This document shows positions 1 to 10,362 of a stretch of DNA of 64,000 bases, in pieces. Source of the DNA: an uncultured Nitrososphaerota archaeon (GTDB lineage Archaea > Thermoproteota > Nitrososphaeria > Nitrososphaerales > CADDZS01); contig CAWCYI010000006.1 in the NCBI GenBank assembly GCA_963799845.1, positions 224,001 through 288,000 on the forward strand, read 5' to 3'. The translations under genes and the position numbers were made by a program. The notes beneath the pieces were generated by a model. It saw only the letters and a program-made list of their open reading frames with translations. It did no database searches and had not been told where the DNA came from. Positions within the stretch are counted from its first letter, which is position 1. Each line of letters starts with the position of its first letter.

Positions 1-59
1 TGCTTGTTGACCGCAGGATTCCTTTCCCCAGTAAATACCATGAGATGCATTTAGCGGAT

Positions 60-1715
60 TTAGCCTTTTAGGAAAGATTCAAGGTTGATCTCGAATCCAG
101 CAACGGGCACGGAGATTCCAAATTTTTCAAGAGCTGCTGGCGAAACTTCCCCGATGAGACCAATTCTCGATTCGTTGCCACCCTCTCCAAGAATAATTCC
201 AGCTGTTCGACCGGAAGCGAAAATTCCTCCCTGATCTTCGGCGGGCTCGAATCGCATAGATTTTTCTCCGATGATCGTTCTAAGGAAAGCATCCAGCTTG
301 GAGCGTATCTCCGTATAATTCGCTTCGGAGTGTGCGATAGTTACTGCCAAATGCTCGTCCTCGGAAACGCTTGATACCGTTTCATTCGACCTCGAAAAAA
401 CGGGAGCTTCCTCGAAAATCATCTGTGGATACTCTTCATGTGAAGTCGCCCCCAACACTTGCAAAAGGGAGGAGATTACGTCACATCGCAAATAGTCAAA
501 ACTCTGGGATTTTGAATCATCGACCCGAAGAGGTTGGTTGCTGCATTGTTCTACTAGTTCCTTTGTAGTCAAGGAAAAGTTCCAGATTTCCGTCAGTTCC
601 AGCCCTATTAGGACTTCGATCATCGAATCAATTTTTTGCAGCCTAGGTTTCAGCGATCCAGCTAGAGATGTCGAAACAACCTGAGGAGTCATCTTCGAAA
701 CTCCATATCCAAGTGCAACTTCTTCCGCCAGATCTATCGGATGGATAATGTCGCTTCGAAATCGAGGAATGATTGCTATTCCTTGAGGATCGAGACCCAG
801 CCTGCTCTTTTCGAGCGCGTCCTTTGCTTGTACTCGATCAAAATCAAAACCCAGAATTTCATTTGAAAGTCTCAGATCAAACGTCATCGTTCTTGGTGTC
901 ATGTCCGGCACCCATGCGGTTTCACCGGTCTCTCGAGAAACTTCAATTGTGTAGACTTTAGCACCGACATCCGAAAGCATTGACGCAATTATTGCGATGG
1001 AGGCATCAACCACATAGTCGTCCGTTCCCGTGACATCAACAAAAAGTTTGGTTATTCCAGGCTGAAGTCGGGTAAGCTCACCGTTGATGATCGGAGGCAT
1101 CGAAAGGACGTTTCGGTTCGAATCCTCTAGCATTGGGTACACGCGAGAAACCAGTTTTCCATAAGAAATTCCCTGGTCTGTCGCAGTCAGGATTTCTTTT
1201 ACGCTCTGCATTTTCGAAGAGCCCAGAGGTACGAAGGAATAACGTTCATCTGTGACACCGTAATACTTGATTGAATTTGAAATAACCGAGGCGTTGTGTA
1301 TTCCGATTGCAACCTTGGACCTCCTCCGTCCGATTCCGTTGTGGAGATCCTCCTGCATCGTGATTAACTGTTTGATAATTTCATCCGTAACTGAGATTTC
1401 GGCGTAAAGACCTTGAATGAAAGGACGAACATTCAGAATTTCTTTTCCTGAAACTGTAACCTTGAATTTGCTCCTCGGAAACTCGTACTTTGGAGGGCCT
1501 GTGATTATGCCGAGCAGTCCAACAAGCGACCTCGCAATACCAGCTTCGCTTGAAAAATCCGGACGGTTGGGACTGTATTCGACGCTTACCATATCTCCTG
1601 ATTGATCCTCGATGTCAAGGCCGAGGTAAGGAAGAGTTTCTATGATCGTTTTTTCCGATGGCTTATTCTTGCAGTATCCACCTAACCGTGGGAGTGAGAG
1701 CTGAATGACCGGCAC
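60..1715 (-). CDS. pheT: Phenylalanine--tRNA ligase beta subunit
   Basis: Motifs EYSPNRPD, QEDLH, SMPPIING, DIIHPIDLAEEVALGYG. The likely start is GTG (VPVIQL) at 1715; the longer ORF to 1982 overlaps pheS. Confidence 0.95.
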   Translation of the reverse strand: MPVIQLSLPRLGGYCKNKPSEKTIIETLPYLGLDIEDQSGDMVSVEYSPNRPDFSSEAGIARSLVGLLGIITGPPKYEFPRSKFKVTVSGKEILNVRPFIQGLYAEISVTDEIIKQLITMQEDLHNGIGRRRSKVAIGIHNASVISNSIKYYGVTDERYSFVPLGSSKMQSVKEILTATDQGISYGKLVSRVYPMLEDSNRNVLSMPPIINGELTRLQPGITKLFVDVTGTDDYVVDASIAIIASMLSDVGAKVYTIEVSRETGETAWVPDMTPRTMTFDLRLSNEILGFDFDRVQAKDALEKSRLGLDPQGIAIIPRFRSDIIHPIDLAEEVALGYGVSKMTPQVVSTSLAGSLKPRLQKIDSMIEVLIGLELTEIWNFSLTTKELVEQCSNQPLRVDDSKSQSFDYLRCDVISSLLQVLGATSHEEYPQMIFEEAPVFSRSNETVSSVSEDEHLAVTIAHSEANYTEIRSKLDAFLRTIIGEKSMRFEPAEDQGGIFASGRTAGIILGEGGNESRIGLIGEVSPAALEKFGISVPVAGFEINLESFLKG

Positions 1716-3220
1716 TGCACTAACTCTTCCTGATCGTTCAGCTTTCGTAGCCAGCCAATGTTCGCGCCGAAAAGCTGGCGGATGTCTTCCACTCCGTATC
1801 TGAGCATAACAAGGCGGTCGAGGCTCAGACCCCATGCTAGCACAGGATTTTTCACACCGAGTGGCAGAGTAACCTCCGGCCGAAAGACACCCATCCCCCC
1901 AAGCTCCATCCATTTCCCAGTTTCTTTTCGGAACGCCATTGTCTGGAGAGACGGTTCGGTATACGGGAAAAAGGTCGGCCAAAATTTGATCTCGTTGAAG
2001 CCGAGCTTCGAATAAAATTTCGACAGGATGTAGATCAGGTTTCGGAGGTTGAGCTTCTCTCCAACCATAACACCTTCAATCTGGTAGAATTCCGGGTTAT
2101 GCTTGTAGTTTGATTTTTCGTTGCGAAAGACTCTGCCGACGGAAAAGATCCTCGCATCTTCTGGCTTGTTCTCCGCAATATATGAAATCGTAACGGCGGT
2201 CGTATGAGTTCTGAGAACGACACGAGATGCTTCATTGGGACTCCAGTCGTATCTCCATCCCCTCGATCCAGTGCTTCCACCACGCTCGTGCGATTCCCTG
2301 ATCGCTCCGATCTCCTCGTCGTAATTGTGGAGTCTCGCCTTCAGGCCCGAAACGTAGAAAGTATCCTGCATCTCCCTCGCCGGGTGCTGCTGGGGAATGA
2401 ATAAGGCGTCAAAGTTCCAGAGAGCGCTTTGCGAAATCGGTCCAAGAATCTCTTCAAATCCGAGGGAAATGAAGGCTTCCCGAACTTCATTCATGAAGAG
2501 ACGCATGGGGTGCCTCCTCCCGGGATATACTAGCGGCGCCGGTGACGTTACGTCGATTGCCCTAAGAGGTAGATCTTTCCATGAGCCATTCTGCAATAGT
2601 TCCGGAGTGATCCTGTCGATTTCGTCACCTGAGGCTTGGTTTAGAGCGTTTCTTCCACTGTCTGTGATGCTTAATTTGATTGTCTTGTCGTGTGTCTCCT
2701 TGACAAAACCCTCATGTCTTTTTCTTAGCAAAGAAATTGCTTCGAGCTCATCTGAAGTTAAAACGTCGCGGGTCATTCCGCCCTCTCCGGCAATCTTCTC
2801 AATGACGTCTTCCTCCCTCTCCCGATTATCATGATCTTTCCCGAGAAAGATCCTGTTGTTTTCTACCCTGACCCAGCCGTTTTTCTTTGCGTTGCCAAGG
2901 GCGATCGCAAATTCGTTTCCCAGATGCTTGGAGGCAGCTCTGATCTCCTCTGAACCACCTGACCTTTTCACTAGTTCAACGAGACGCCTTTCAGGGAGAC
3001 CCTCTTTGATAGCGACCTTACCTTGGTCGCCGACCGAGAACAACTGCACATCGGATTCCTGGACTGAGATTAGTCCTTTCGATCTGAGCCATTCGATTCC
3101 GCGACGCAACTGGTCAATTGAAAGTCCCGAAAGTTTGGAAAGCTCATCGAGATCAACCTGACGTGTAGTAGCAAGAACGTTCAGTATTTTTTTCTCAATT
3201 GGATGAAGTGGTGAGCTCAA
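1682..3220 (-). CDS. pheS: Phenylalanine--tRNA ligase alpha subunit (true stop possibly TAG at 1720-1722)
   Basis: WNFDALFIPQQHPAREMQDTF, LRTHTT, FPYTEPS, GMGVFRPEV; N-terminal wHTH of the archaeal type. Confidence 0.96.
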   Translation of the reverse strand: MSSPLHPIEKKILNVLATTRQVDLDELSKLSGLSIDQLRRGIEWLRSKGLISVQESDVQLFSVGDQGKVAIKEGLPERRLVELVKRSGGSEEIRAASKHLGNEFAIALGNAKKNGWVRVENNRIFLGKDHDNREREEDVIEKIAGEGGMTRDVLTSDELEAISLLRKRHEGFVKETHDKTIKLSITDSGRNALNQASGDEIDRITPELLQNGSWKDLPLRAIDVTSPAPLVYPGRRHPMRLFMNEVREAFISLGFEEILGPISQSALWNFDALFIPQQHPAREMQDTFYVSGLKARLHNYDEEIGAIRESHERGGSTGSRGWRYDWSPNEASRVVLRTHTTAVTISYIAENKPEDARIFSVGRVFRNEKSNYKHNPEFYQIEGVMVGEKLNLRNLIYILSKFYSKLGFNEIKFWPTFFPYTEPSLQTMAFRKETGKWMELGGMGVFRPEVTLPLGVKNPVLAWGLSLDRLVMLRYGVEDIRQLFGANIGWLRKLNDQEELVQCRSFSSHSHG

Positions 3221-4428
3221 CGCTGCATCTCTGACCTCTTCTTCAAGCCCCCGCTGGTATCCTCGATTATGAACTCATCAAGATGTTCTCTTGCGGCTTC
3301 TCGCTTCGCCGCATGTTCGGCGACGAATTTCTTTGTCCTGGAAGCTAACATCATCTTGCAGTCTCCGCACAAGAGACGGCCACCGGTGCAGTCGTCGTAG
3401 ATCCGCTTTAGCTCAATGTCATCTGGTTCGAAGAGGAAATCGTAGTAGTAGTACACGGGGCAAATATCTGCCCGCCCGCCAAGCTTCCTCTGTTCGATTT
3501 GGGTATCTCTGCCGCCGGTAAACGACGACATAACCTTCTTCTCGACCGTCTTTTCGCTATCAGTTGTGAAGATCGCTGTCTCCGGCTGGCTCGCGCTCAT
3601 CTTGCCGCCCTGTCCCAACCCGGGCATGAACTTTGAGTGCATCTGGGCCGGCTTGTAAAAGCCAAGTTTCGGAGCGACTTCTCTTGCTATTCCGCGCCAG
3701 TAAGGATCCTGGTCTATTGCTGCCGGTATAAGACAGGGGATGTTGTAGCCCTTCAGGACCGAAGGAAGGAAGCACGTAGCTGCCTGGATCGCGGGGAAGA
3801 AAATCATTCCGATGCCGGTGCTGTTCTCGAAACCGAAAACGGCTTTTGCTGTGCTGAAGGTGGTGTGTTTTGCTACCTTAGCCGCGATTCCGTACATAGT
3901 CTTCATGTAACCCGTGTCGGTGAAAACGAAGGTCTTCTTGGGATCAAAACCGATAGCGATCAGGTCAAGAGTATTTTCCATTGCGAGATCGGATGTCTTG
4001 TCTAGAGAAAGCTTGTCGGAAGTATAGTACTTTTCATCATCGGTCATCTGGAAGTAGAGCTCTGCCCCAAACTTATCCTGCAAGTACTTCGTAAAAATCC
4101 ATGGAATCAGGTGTCCCAAGTGTACTCCGCCCGACGGTCCTCGTCCGGTGTAGAGGAAAAACTTCTCACCGTTCTCGTATCTCTTTAGAATATCATCAAG
4201 GTCTCTGTGCGAGTAGAAAATCTTCCTCCGAAGAAAGGGATGAATCTCCCCAGTTATTCTCCTGAATCTTTCCAAAATATCTGGTGTAATTCGAGAGGTG
4301 CCGAACTGATCCACTAGTTTGTCGTAGTCAACCTGCCCCTCAACAGTCCAGGGAGTAACTATGAAATCGACAGGGTTCTTTGAATCTGAGTTATCGTCAT
4401 TTTTGTCACTTTCATCGTCCTTCGCCAT
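3217..4428 (-). CDS. trpS: Tryptophan--tRNA ligase
   Basis: YTGRGPS..HLGH (HIGH-like), AIDQDPYWR, KMSAS. Confidence 0.97.
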   Translation of the reverse strand: MAKDDESDKNDDNSDSKNPVDFIVTPWTVEGQVDYDKLVDQFGTSRITPDILERFRRITGEIHPFLRRKIFYSHRDLDDILKRYENGEKFFLYTGRGPSGGVHLGHLIPWIFTKYLQDKFGAELYFQMTDDEKYYTSDKLSLDKTSDLAMENTLDLIAIGFDPKKTFVFTDTGYMKTMYGIAAKVAKHTTFSTAKAVFGFENSTGIGMIFFPAIQAATCFLPSVLKGYNIPCLIPAAIDQDPYWRGIAREVAPKLGFYKPAQMHSKFMPGLGQGGKMSASQPETAIFTTDSEKTVEKKVMSSFTGGRDTQIEQRKLGGRADICPVYYYYDFLFEPDDIELKRIYDDCTGGRLLCGDCKMMLASRTKKFVAEHAAKREAAREHLDEFIIEDTSGGLKKRSEMQR

Positions 4429-4707
4429 AACATAACACCCATCAACGGTTCAAACAAGTATTCGAAAAACAGCAAAGTTCAGGAAAAGTTCCATCTGCGA
4501 AAAGTGCACCGAAGCTGCATCTCTCGAAATTCATCGCCGAACTAGAGTTTTCGCCTAGAAAAACCTTCCCGGGGTTCAAAGCTAACGCTTCTTGCGGACT
4601 ATGCCAAAGCTCAATATAATTGAAATGGCCAATCTTTATGCAATTCTTGTATTTTACCTGAGCTTAATGCCAGAAAGTCTCTCCAAACAGGGTGTGTAAT
4701 TCAATCA

Positions 4708-6546
4708 ATGTGTGGAATCGGCGGGTGCGTCGGAAATCATGCAGACCCTGAACTGATCAAGAAAATGTCTGACCTGATCAAGCATCGTGGTCCGGATGAC
4801 CACGGCGAGTATCTTGACAAAGGAATCGGACTTTTCTCAGACCGTCTGAGCATCATAGATCTCGAAGGTGGACACCAACCAATCTTCAACGAGGACGAAA
4901 CTCTGTTCATTGTGTTCAATGGCGAGATATACAACTTTCCCGAGATCAAAGTAGATCTGGAGAAAAAAGGTCACAAATTTAGGACGAGAGCCGATACGGA
5001 AGTAATACTTCACGGATTTGAAGAGTACGGACCGAAGATTTTTTCCATGCTTAATGGAATGTTTGCTGTTGCGCTCTGGGATACCAAGAAAAAAACTCTA
5101 ATCCTTGCCAGGGATCGAGTCGGAATAAAACCCCTCTACTACACGAAGACTGGAAACGGCGATATTGTCTTTTGCAGCGAGATCAAGGGCATACTTGCGC
5201 ATCCCGAGGTCTCAGTCAGGGTAAATGAGGAAGGACTTTACCATCTTATTTCACTCTACTACATTCCTTTTGAGCTTACTCTTTTTTCCGGAATATTCAA
5301 ACTTTTTCCAGGACACTATTTCGATTCTGCGACTGGAAAAAGTACTCCGTACTGGTCGCCGCCTAAAGTTTCTCCGGGATTCTGCCCGGAAATCAGCGAG
5401 GTGAGGAACGCACTTGAGCAATCTGTGAAACGGCAGTTGATCTCCGATGTGGAGGTCGGGTCGTATCTGTCTGGTGGACTGGACACCTCAACGATAGTCG
5501 CTTTTGCAACTCGGCACTATCCGCAGAAGCTCAAGACATTTTGCATGGGTTTTGGCCATGATGACGATGAATTGGATGATGCCAAGAAAGTGGCAGACTT
5601 TTTTGGTACAGATCATTACGGGTTTACGATCACCGACAGAGCGACGATCGAGCTCTATCCCCAGATGATATGGCACTCTGAGCAACCGAAGCTCAACACC
5701 TACAGCTGGTTTGTCGACCAGTACGCGAGGAAATACGTGAAGGTCTGCCTGAGCGGCCTCGGAGGAGATGAGCTGTTCTTCGGCTATCCCACATCGTCAA
5801 GATATGTTGCGTTTCAGAGAGCGCAGAAACTGATGAAAGTCCCGGCTGCATCAGTCTTATCCGCGTTCACCAGCGGAAAAAAGAAAAAAGTTCTGTCCAG
5901 TCTGAACGACAGGGCGAAAACCTATCTCACGACCGTTTCTCCCGTGTACGGCTCCCTCGATGATCGGGTGTTCAAGAAACCAATTTGGGAATATCGGGAA
6001 AAGCTTCGTCCGAAAATGGAAGAGTCTTTTTTCAAATCCGACGCTTCCTTTGTCGAACAGGCGGTTTATGCAGAGTTCAGTACGAAACTGGTAGATGATT
6101 TCCTCGCTATTGACGATGCCATGTGCATGGCTCATTCGCTGGAGAACAGGGTGCCACTACTCGATAACCAGCTGATCGACCTGATGCTCCCGGTCGAGTA
6201 CAAGTACAATTACGAAAACGGGGTCGGCAAGGTCCTGCTTCGCAGAGCAATGAAGGGAATCCTTCCGGAAGAGTCATTCCGCAAGCCGAAACAGGGATTC
6301 AGCCTTGACATTGTGAAGTGGTGGACGGGGGAACTCGGCGAGGAGATAAGAAGCACGATTACAGATTCGACTGCGGTAAGGGCGTACTTCAATGTCAGTG
6401 CGTTGAAAAACCTGATCCCAACCGCAAAAGAATCCTACGGAACGGTCTCTCTGTTGTGGCACATCTACGCGTTCCACGTCTGGTACGGAATCTTTGTGGA
6501 TGGAAAAAGAGTGAAGGACGAGGTCGTTCCCCAACTTTCGAAATGA
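4708..6546 (+). CDS. asnB: Asparagine synthase (glutamine-hydrolysing) family amidotransferase
   Basis: N-terminal MCGI, HRGPD, NGEIYN, LSGGLDTS, SGLGGDELF, ENRVPLLD. Confidence 0.92.
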   Translation: MCGIGGCVGNHADPELIKKMSDLIKHRGPDDHGEYLDKGIGLFSDRLSIIDLEGGHQPIFNEDETLFIVFNGEIYNFPEIKVDLEKKGHKFRTRADTEVILHGFEEYGPKIFSMLNGMFAVALWDTKKKTLILARDRVGIKPLYYTKTGNGDIVFCSEIKGILAHPEVSVRVNEEGLYHLISLYYIPFELTLFSGIFKLFPGHYFDSATGKSTPYWSPPKVSPGFCPEISEVRNALEQSVKRQLISDVEVGSYLSGGLDTSTIVAFATRHYPQKLKTFCMGFGHDDDELDDAKKVADFFGTDHYGFTITDRATIELYPQMIWHSEQPKLNTYSWFVDQYARKYVKVCLSGLGGDELFFGYPTSSRYVAFQRAQKLMKVPAASVLSAFTSGKKKKVLSSLNDRAKTYLTTVSPVYGSLDDRVFKKPIWEYREKLRPKMEESFFKSDASFVEQAVYAEFSTKLVDDFLAIDDAMCMAHSLENRVPLLDNQLIDLMLPVEYKYNYENGVGKVLLRRAMKGILPEESFRKPKQGFSLDIVKWWTGELGEEIRSTITDSTAVRAYFNVSALKNLIPTAKESYGTVSLLWHIYAFHVWYGIFVDGKRVKDEVVPQLSK

Positions 6547-6549
6547 AAG

Positions 6550-7209
6550 TTATTTCTTTCTGCCGTAGGCTTTTAGACGATTCTTCACAATGTCAAGATA
6601 CGACAGACCTGCGTACCTTTCCTGCTTCCAGGGATCAGCAGTGTTGGAATAGCCCCTGATTTCCCAGAATCCTGGCTCATCGAACTCGGTGAGCTTTATT
6701 CCTCTAAGCCATTTCGCAGACTTGTAAAAATACCTCTTGGGAACAAGCATCCTTACCGGCCCGCCGTGTTCTGGAGGAAGTTCCTGACCCTGAGCTCTGA
6801 AGACGAGCATCACGTCATCATCGTAAAGAGCCTCCAGAGGCAGGCTGGTAGTGAATCCCTGCTCGCACTCAAAAATTGCGAAATGCGCTTTCGAAGTCGG
6901 TTTCGCAATCGCCATCAAATCCTTGAACCTTATTCCTTCCCACTGCACGTCGAACTTGCTCCAGGTCGTGACGCAATGAATGTCGCAGGTCTCCAAAGTA
7001 GTTTTCAAGTCTAGGAGTTGAGCGTAACTCAGGGTCAATTCATTTTCAACTTCCCCATGAACTCTCAGGCTCCAGCTCTCCTTCGATATCGAGGGAACCG
7101 ATCCAGCATGCAACACCGGCCATCCGTTAGTCAGAATCTGACCCGGAGGCAGCCGCTTCTTGTCCTTGAGCGAGGCCGCTTCGGAAGCGCGGGACATACG
7201 AAAGATCAT
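6550..7209 (-). CDS. Sulfite oxidase-like molybdopterin oxidoreductase (YuiH type)
   Basis: RLPPGQ, DIHCVTTWS (Mo-binding Cys), EHGGPVR, KSAKWL, GFWE..GY; start could be 7197. Confidence 0.88.
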   Translation of the reverse strand: MIFRMSRASEAASLKDKKRLPPGQILTNGWPVLHAGSVPSISKESWSLRVHGEVENELTLSYAQLLDLKTTLETCDIHCVTTWSKFDVQWEGIRFKDLMAIAKPTSKAHFAIFECEQGFTTSLPLEALYDDDVMLVFRAQGQELPPEHGGPVRMLVPKRYFYKSAKWLRGIKLTEFDEPGFWEIRGYSNTADPWKQERYAGLSYLDIVKNRLKAYGRKK

Positions 7210-7245
7210 ATTGATGTTGATTTGATTTAAGAGTTCCCGGGAAAA

Positions 7246-7863
7246 TTGTCGAAAACTCTTGAGAGATCATTCTATGATCGAAGCCCTATTGTCGTCGCGA
7301 GGGAAATCATAGGCAAGAAGCTCATTAGAACCACAAACGATGGCACCGTTTTTTCGGGCATTATTGTAGAAGCTGAGGCTTACGCCGGAAACAAAGATCC
7401 TGCTAGTCACGCCTTCAGAGGCAAAACTCCTAGAAACGAAGTGATGTTCGGCGAGGCGGGGCACGCATACATTTACTTTACTTACGGGTTTCATTACTGC
7501 CTAAATTTCGTGACGAGTTCTCGTTACGGGAAGGCATCTGCGGTACTGATTCGCGCCGCAGAACCTGTTGCGGGGATCGAAGAAATGGAAATCAGAAGAA
7601 AAACAAATTTAGTCACGGATCTTGCCAACGGGCCTGGAAAATTGGGGCAAGCATTCCTTATCGACAAGAGCTTAAATGGAGTTGATCTGACCCGTTCGGA
7701 TTCGCCCATCCGTGTCGAAGATATTTTATTGAAAGTGAGGATCGCAGTTTCATCTAGGGTGGGAATAAAGCGGGCAACTGAAAGAATGTGGAGATTTTAC
7801 TCAAAGACGAGTCCGTATGTTTCTAAATCTCGTCCCAGCGAGAACATTGGACGGGAAAGTTAA
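7246..7863 (+). CDS. mpg: DNA-3-methyladenine glycosylase (AAG/MPG family)
   Basis: IVEAEAY, DPASHA, YIYFTYGFHYCLN, AVLIRA, NGPGKL, RVGI. Confidence 0.93.
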   Translation: MSKTLERSFYDRSPIVVAREIIGKKLIRTTNDGTVFSGIIVEAEAYAGNKDPASHAFRGKTPRNEVMFGEAGHAYIYFTYGFHYCLNFVTSSRYGKASAVLIRAAEPVAGIEEMEIRRKTNLVTDLANGPGKLGQAFLIDKSLNGVDLTRSDSPIRVEDILLKVRIAVSSRVGIKRATERMWRFYSKTSPYVSKSRPSENIGRES

Positions 7864-7885
7864 TCTACCGGTATTCCGATACAAT

Positions 7886-8007
7886 GGTTCAGCCGGCCAT
7901 AGCGTGCGGGCTCGACCTGGTCTCATTCCGAACCCAGAAGTCAAACCGCATGTCGCCGTCATATTAGTGAGGTGCGTGAGCCCTCGTGAGGTGGCGGTGC
8001 TGGCACC
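7886..8007 (+). rRNA. rrf: 5S ribosomal RNA
   Basis: GGCCATAGC...CTCATTCCGAACCCAGAAGTCAAACC conserved 5S motifs; terminal helix GCCGGC/GCTGGC; about 120 nt. Confidence 0.93.
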
Positions 8008-8255
8008 CTTCCCATTCTAGTAGCGCTAAATGTACCAGAAGTTAACAATTGTTTCGAGGACTGGGTGACTATCTCCTTTCAATTAACCTCTCATTGACTT
8101 TGTAAGCCTGTCGTGCTAAACTTTCACCAAAATCAGCTGTAGATCAACATCCGAGCTTACAACATATGGATGATGGTTAAGTTCACCGGCTCTAGATACA
8201 AACTCCTCAATCAAAATTAGTCGGTTGCGATTAATCTACCAGAGTAAGGGATGAA

Positions 8256-8510
8256 GTGTTGGCAGAAATTAAAGTAAGTCAAGAGACGCTGGAAAGCGAA
8301 CTTACCTATCAGTTGCGCGGCAGATTCGGGACAAGCAAAGATCTGAATCAAGAAATATACAAAGTAATAGGAGCCTTGTCGGATGTAATCTATGCGGTAG
8401 ACCATCTCTCTGTACATGACAAGAGAACACCAGAGGTCAGACAATGGATATCTGAACTGGAAGCCGCGAAGCAGGCATTGAGAAGAATAGTGGCTAGAAT
8501 CGAAATCTGA
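8256..8510 (+). CDS. Hypothetical protein (84 aa, helical)
   Basis: Non-overlapping ORF with protein-like composition; no family recognised. Confidence 0.55.
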   Translation: MLAEIKVSQETLESELTYQLRGRFGTSKDLNQEIYKVIGALSDVIYAVDHLSVHDKRTPEVRQWISELEAAKQALRRIVARIEI

Positions 8511-8673
8511 GTCTGCATTTTCCAGTGATAGCCAAGTGCTAAGTTAGCGGCAGTCCAGAACTATCCGGCTCATCTAGTATGATTCTTGCAGACGTGCTGA
8601 TTATAGTCTAGGTCCCACTGGTGAACTGGTTAATCGGATTGAGCATTCGGAGCTCACTTAATAGAATCTCATT

Positions 8674-8982
8674 ATGAACTGGTTCCCGACTGACCACTTG
8701 CCCGAAAAGCAAAGAGAGCTGCGTTGGCAACCAAGTAAGGACAAGACGCATGCCGGTTTGCCGAATCTCACGGAATTTCAAAACGACGACGAGTTGAGGG
8801 ATGCGATATTATCCGTGGTCGAGACTCATGATATGAGAATCATTGGTTTCATCAAAGAGACCGAAACTTTGAGTTACAAACGGATCGCATTTCGCTGCGA
8901 TTCTTGCGGCGCTACTTTTTTCATTGGAGTTGATCAGATAACCGATCTAAAGTTTCACAAACCGAAACTTGGATCTGAATAG
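8674..8982 (+). CDS. Hypothetical protein with a CxxC motif (possible Zn binder)
   Basis: ATG start, TATA-like cttaata upstream; H...RCDSCG...H. Confidence 0.6.
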   Translation: MNWFPTDHLPEKQRELRWQPSKDKTHAGLPNLTEFQNDDELRDAILSVVETHDMRIIGFIKETETLSYKRIAFRCDSCGATFFIGVDQITDLKFHKPKLGSE

Positions 8983-9235
8983 GAGACTCTTCCGTTGTAA
9001 CAGTGACTCCATCGACGATTCTGCTCCACATACTGTGTCCTCTTAGGTATGAATCAAGTTGGGCGGTCAGATCGGATTAGTTCTTAGAGCGCAGGTTAGT
9101 CAAATCGAGAAGCAATGTTCAAACCACGATCTCATGAGAGGGCCCCTTTGTCATCTAATCTTGATTCCACTCCTTCGTGCACAAAGTCTATATGCCAAAA
9201 TCGCGGGTTATATTTATTCGGAAGTTTTTGCCTAG

Positions 9236-10349
9236 TTGTCTAGTATCCTGACGGGGAACACAAGCCTCCTTTCTACGCTGGTTTACGTTGTTCTTTTCGT
9301 CGGTTCTACTTTTCTTTTCTTATTCTGGGGACCGAGGATGCAGGTCTTCACCGTTCTTCGCGAGGTTAAGACCAATGTTGAAAAGCTGAGCGTCCTCAGG
9401 GACAAGAGCAAGAAAGAAGCACTGGATTACCTGGTCGTAAACTGCAAGGCGCCTAAAGAGATCTCCCAGAGACTAGACCAGACCCTTGAATACTTTACAA
9501 TCATGCCAGTTGACCTTGATCCTAACGGCATCGTTGGAAAGGTCGAGCACGTGGTACGTCTTCAGGACGACAGAATGCGTGACGAAATAAGGCGGATGGC
9601 TCCTGCTGCAGATCCGGTCCAGGTAAGCGTTGCCCAGAACATTCTGGAAGTCGCAACGAGTCTTAACCAGATATTCAAGATAGTCAGGCACTTTTACATT
9701 CAGGGTCAGAAAACCAAGAGCTGACTTCATACTCGTTCAGCTCCAGATGATAATGCCGATGATCATTCAGGAAGCCGACGCCCTGGTCAGCGCGATTGAT
9801 GCTTTCAAGGATGCAGAGCCGATTGGCGACGGTCTCGGCCCCATGGTCGCTGGCAGGTTCATGTATGGAAAGGAAAAGGTTACGATAGAGCGTGAGACGG
9901 TTTATTCCAAGACAGATTACAAGGGGCGAAGTCTGCTTGTCATGAAAGCAGAAGGACCAATGGGGACGGTAGGGCGCCCGCACGTCGGAGTCGAGAAACT
10001 CCTTAACGATCCGGCTTCCAAGGTTGATGCTTTGATTATGGTCGATGCTGCACTAAAACTCGAAGGTGAGACTACCGGAGAGATAGCGGAGGGAATTGGC
10101 GCCGCAATCGGTGGAATCGGTGTTGAAAAGTACCGGATCGAAAAAGCAGCAGTAGACAAGGACATTCCAATGTATGCTGTTGTAGTAAAACAATCTTTAA
10201 TCGATGCAATCTCGGTCATGAAGAAGGAGATTGCAGAGGCTTCCGACAAGACCGTCGCAGTCGTCCAGAGAATAATCGAAGAAAAGACGAAGGAAGGGGA
10301 CACGATCCTGATAATCGGGGTCGGAAACACCCTGGGCGTCGCCCAGTAG
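9236..10349 (+). CDS. DUF1512 family membrane-anchored protein (split by a 1-bp insertion near 9723)
   Basis: ORFs 9236-9724 and 9747-10349 join as KTKS-Y-FILVQLQM when one base is removed. N-terminal TM helix; PIGDGLGP, VDAALKLEGE, GVGN motifs. Confidence 0.88.
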
Positions 10350-10362
10350 TAAAAAGAGTGGA

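Noticed and set aside
1716-1982. Long N-terminal extensions of pheT (also rps19e, hjc, alaS) and the many antisense ORFs in the track
   Set aside because: They overlap well-supported genes and lack motifs; artefacts of longest-ORF calling
4429-4620. Trp attenuator or T-box in the long trpS upstream region
   Set aside because: No tandem-Trp leader peptide, T-box motif or convincing terminator seen
7886-8007. 5S rRNA unlinked from 16S/23S
   Set aside because: Normal arrangement in TACK archaea
8100-8162. TTGTAAGC/GCTTACAA inverted repeat as an IS66-derived MITE
   Set aside because: Only 8 bp, no TSD, and a poor match to the local IS66 TIR
9719-9725. AGC-TGA-C (and CTC-TAG-G in purE) as programmed +1 frameshift or stop-recoding sites
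   Set aside because: The other AGCT-linked indels have no stop codon or shared codon phase, so a DNA-level sequencing artefact explains all of them more simply. In-frame readthrough would not restore the frame.
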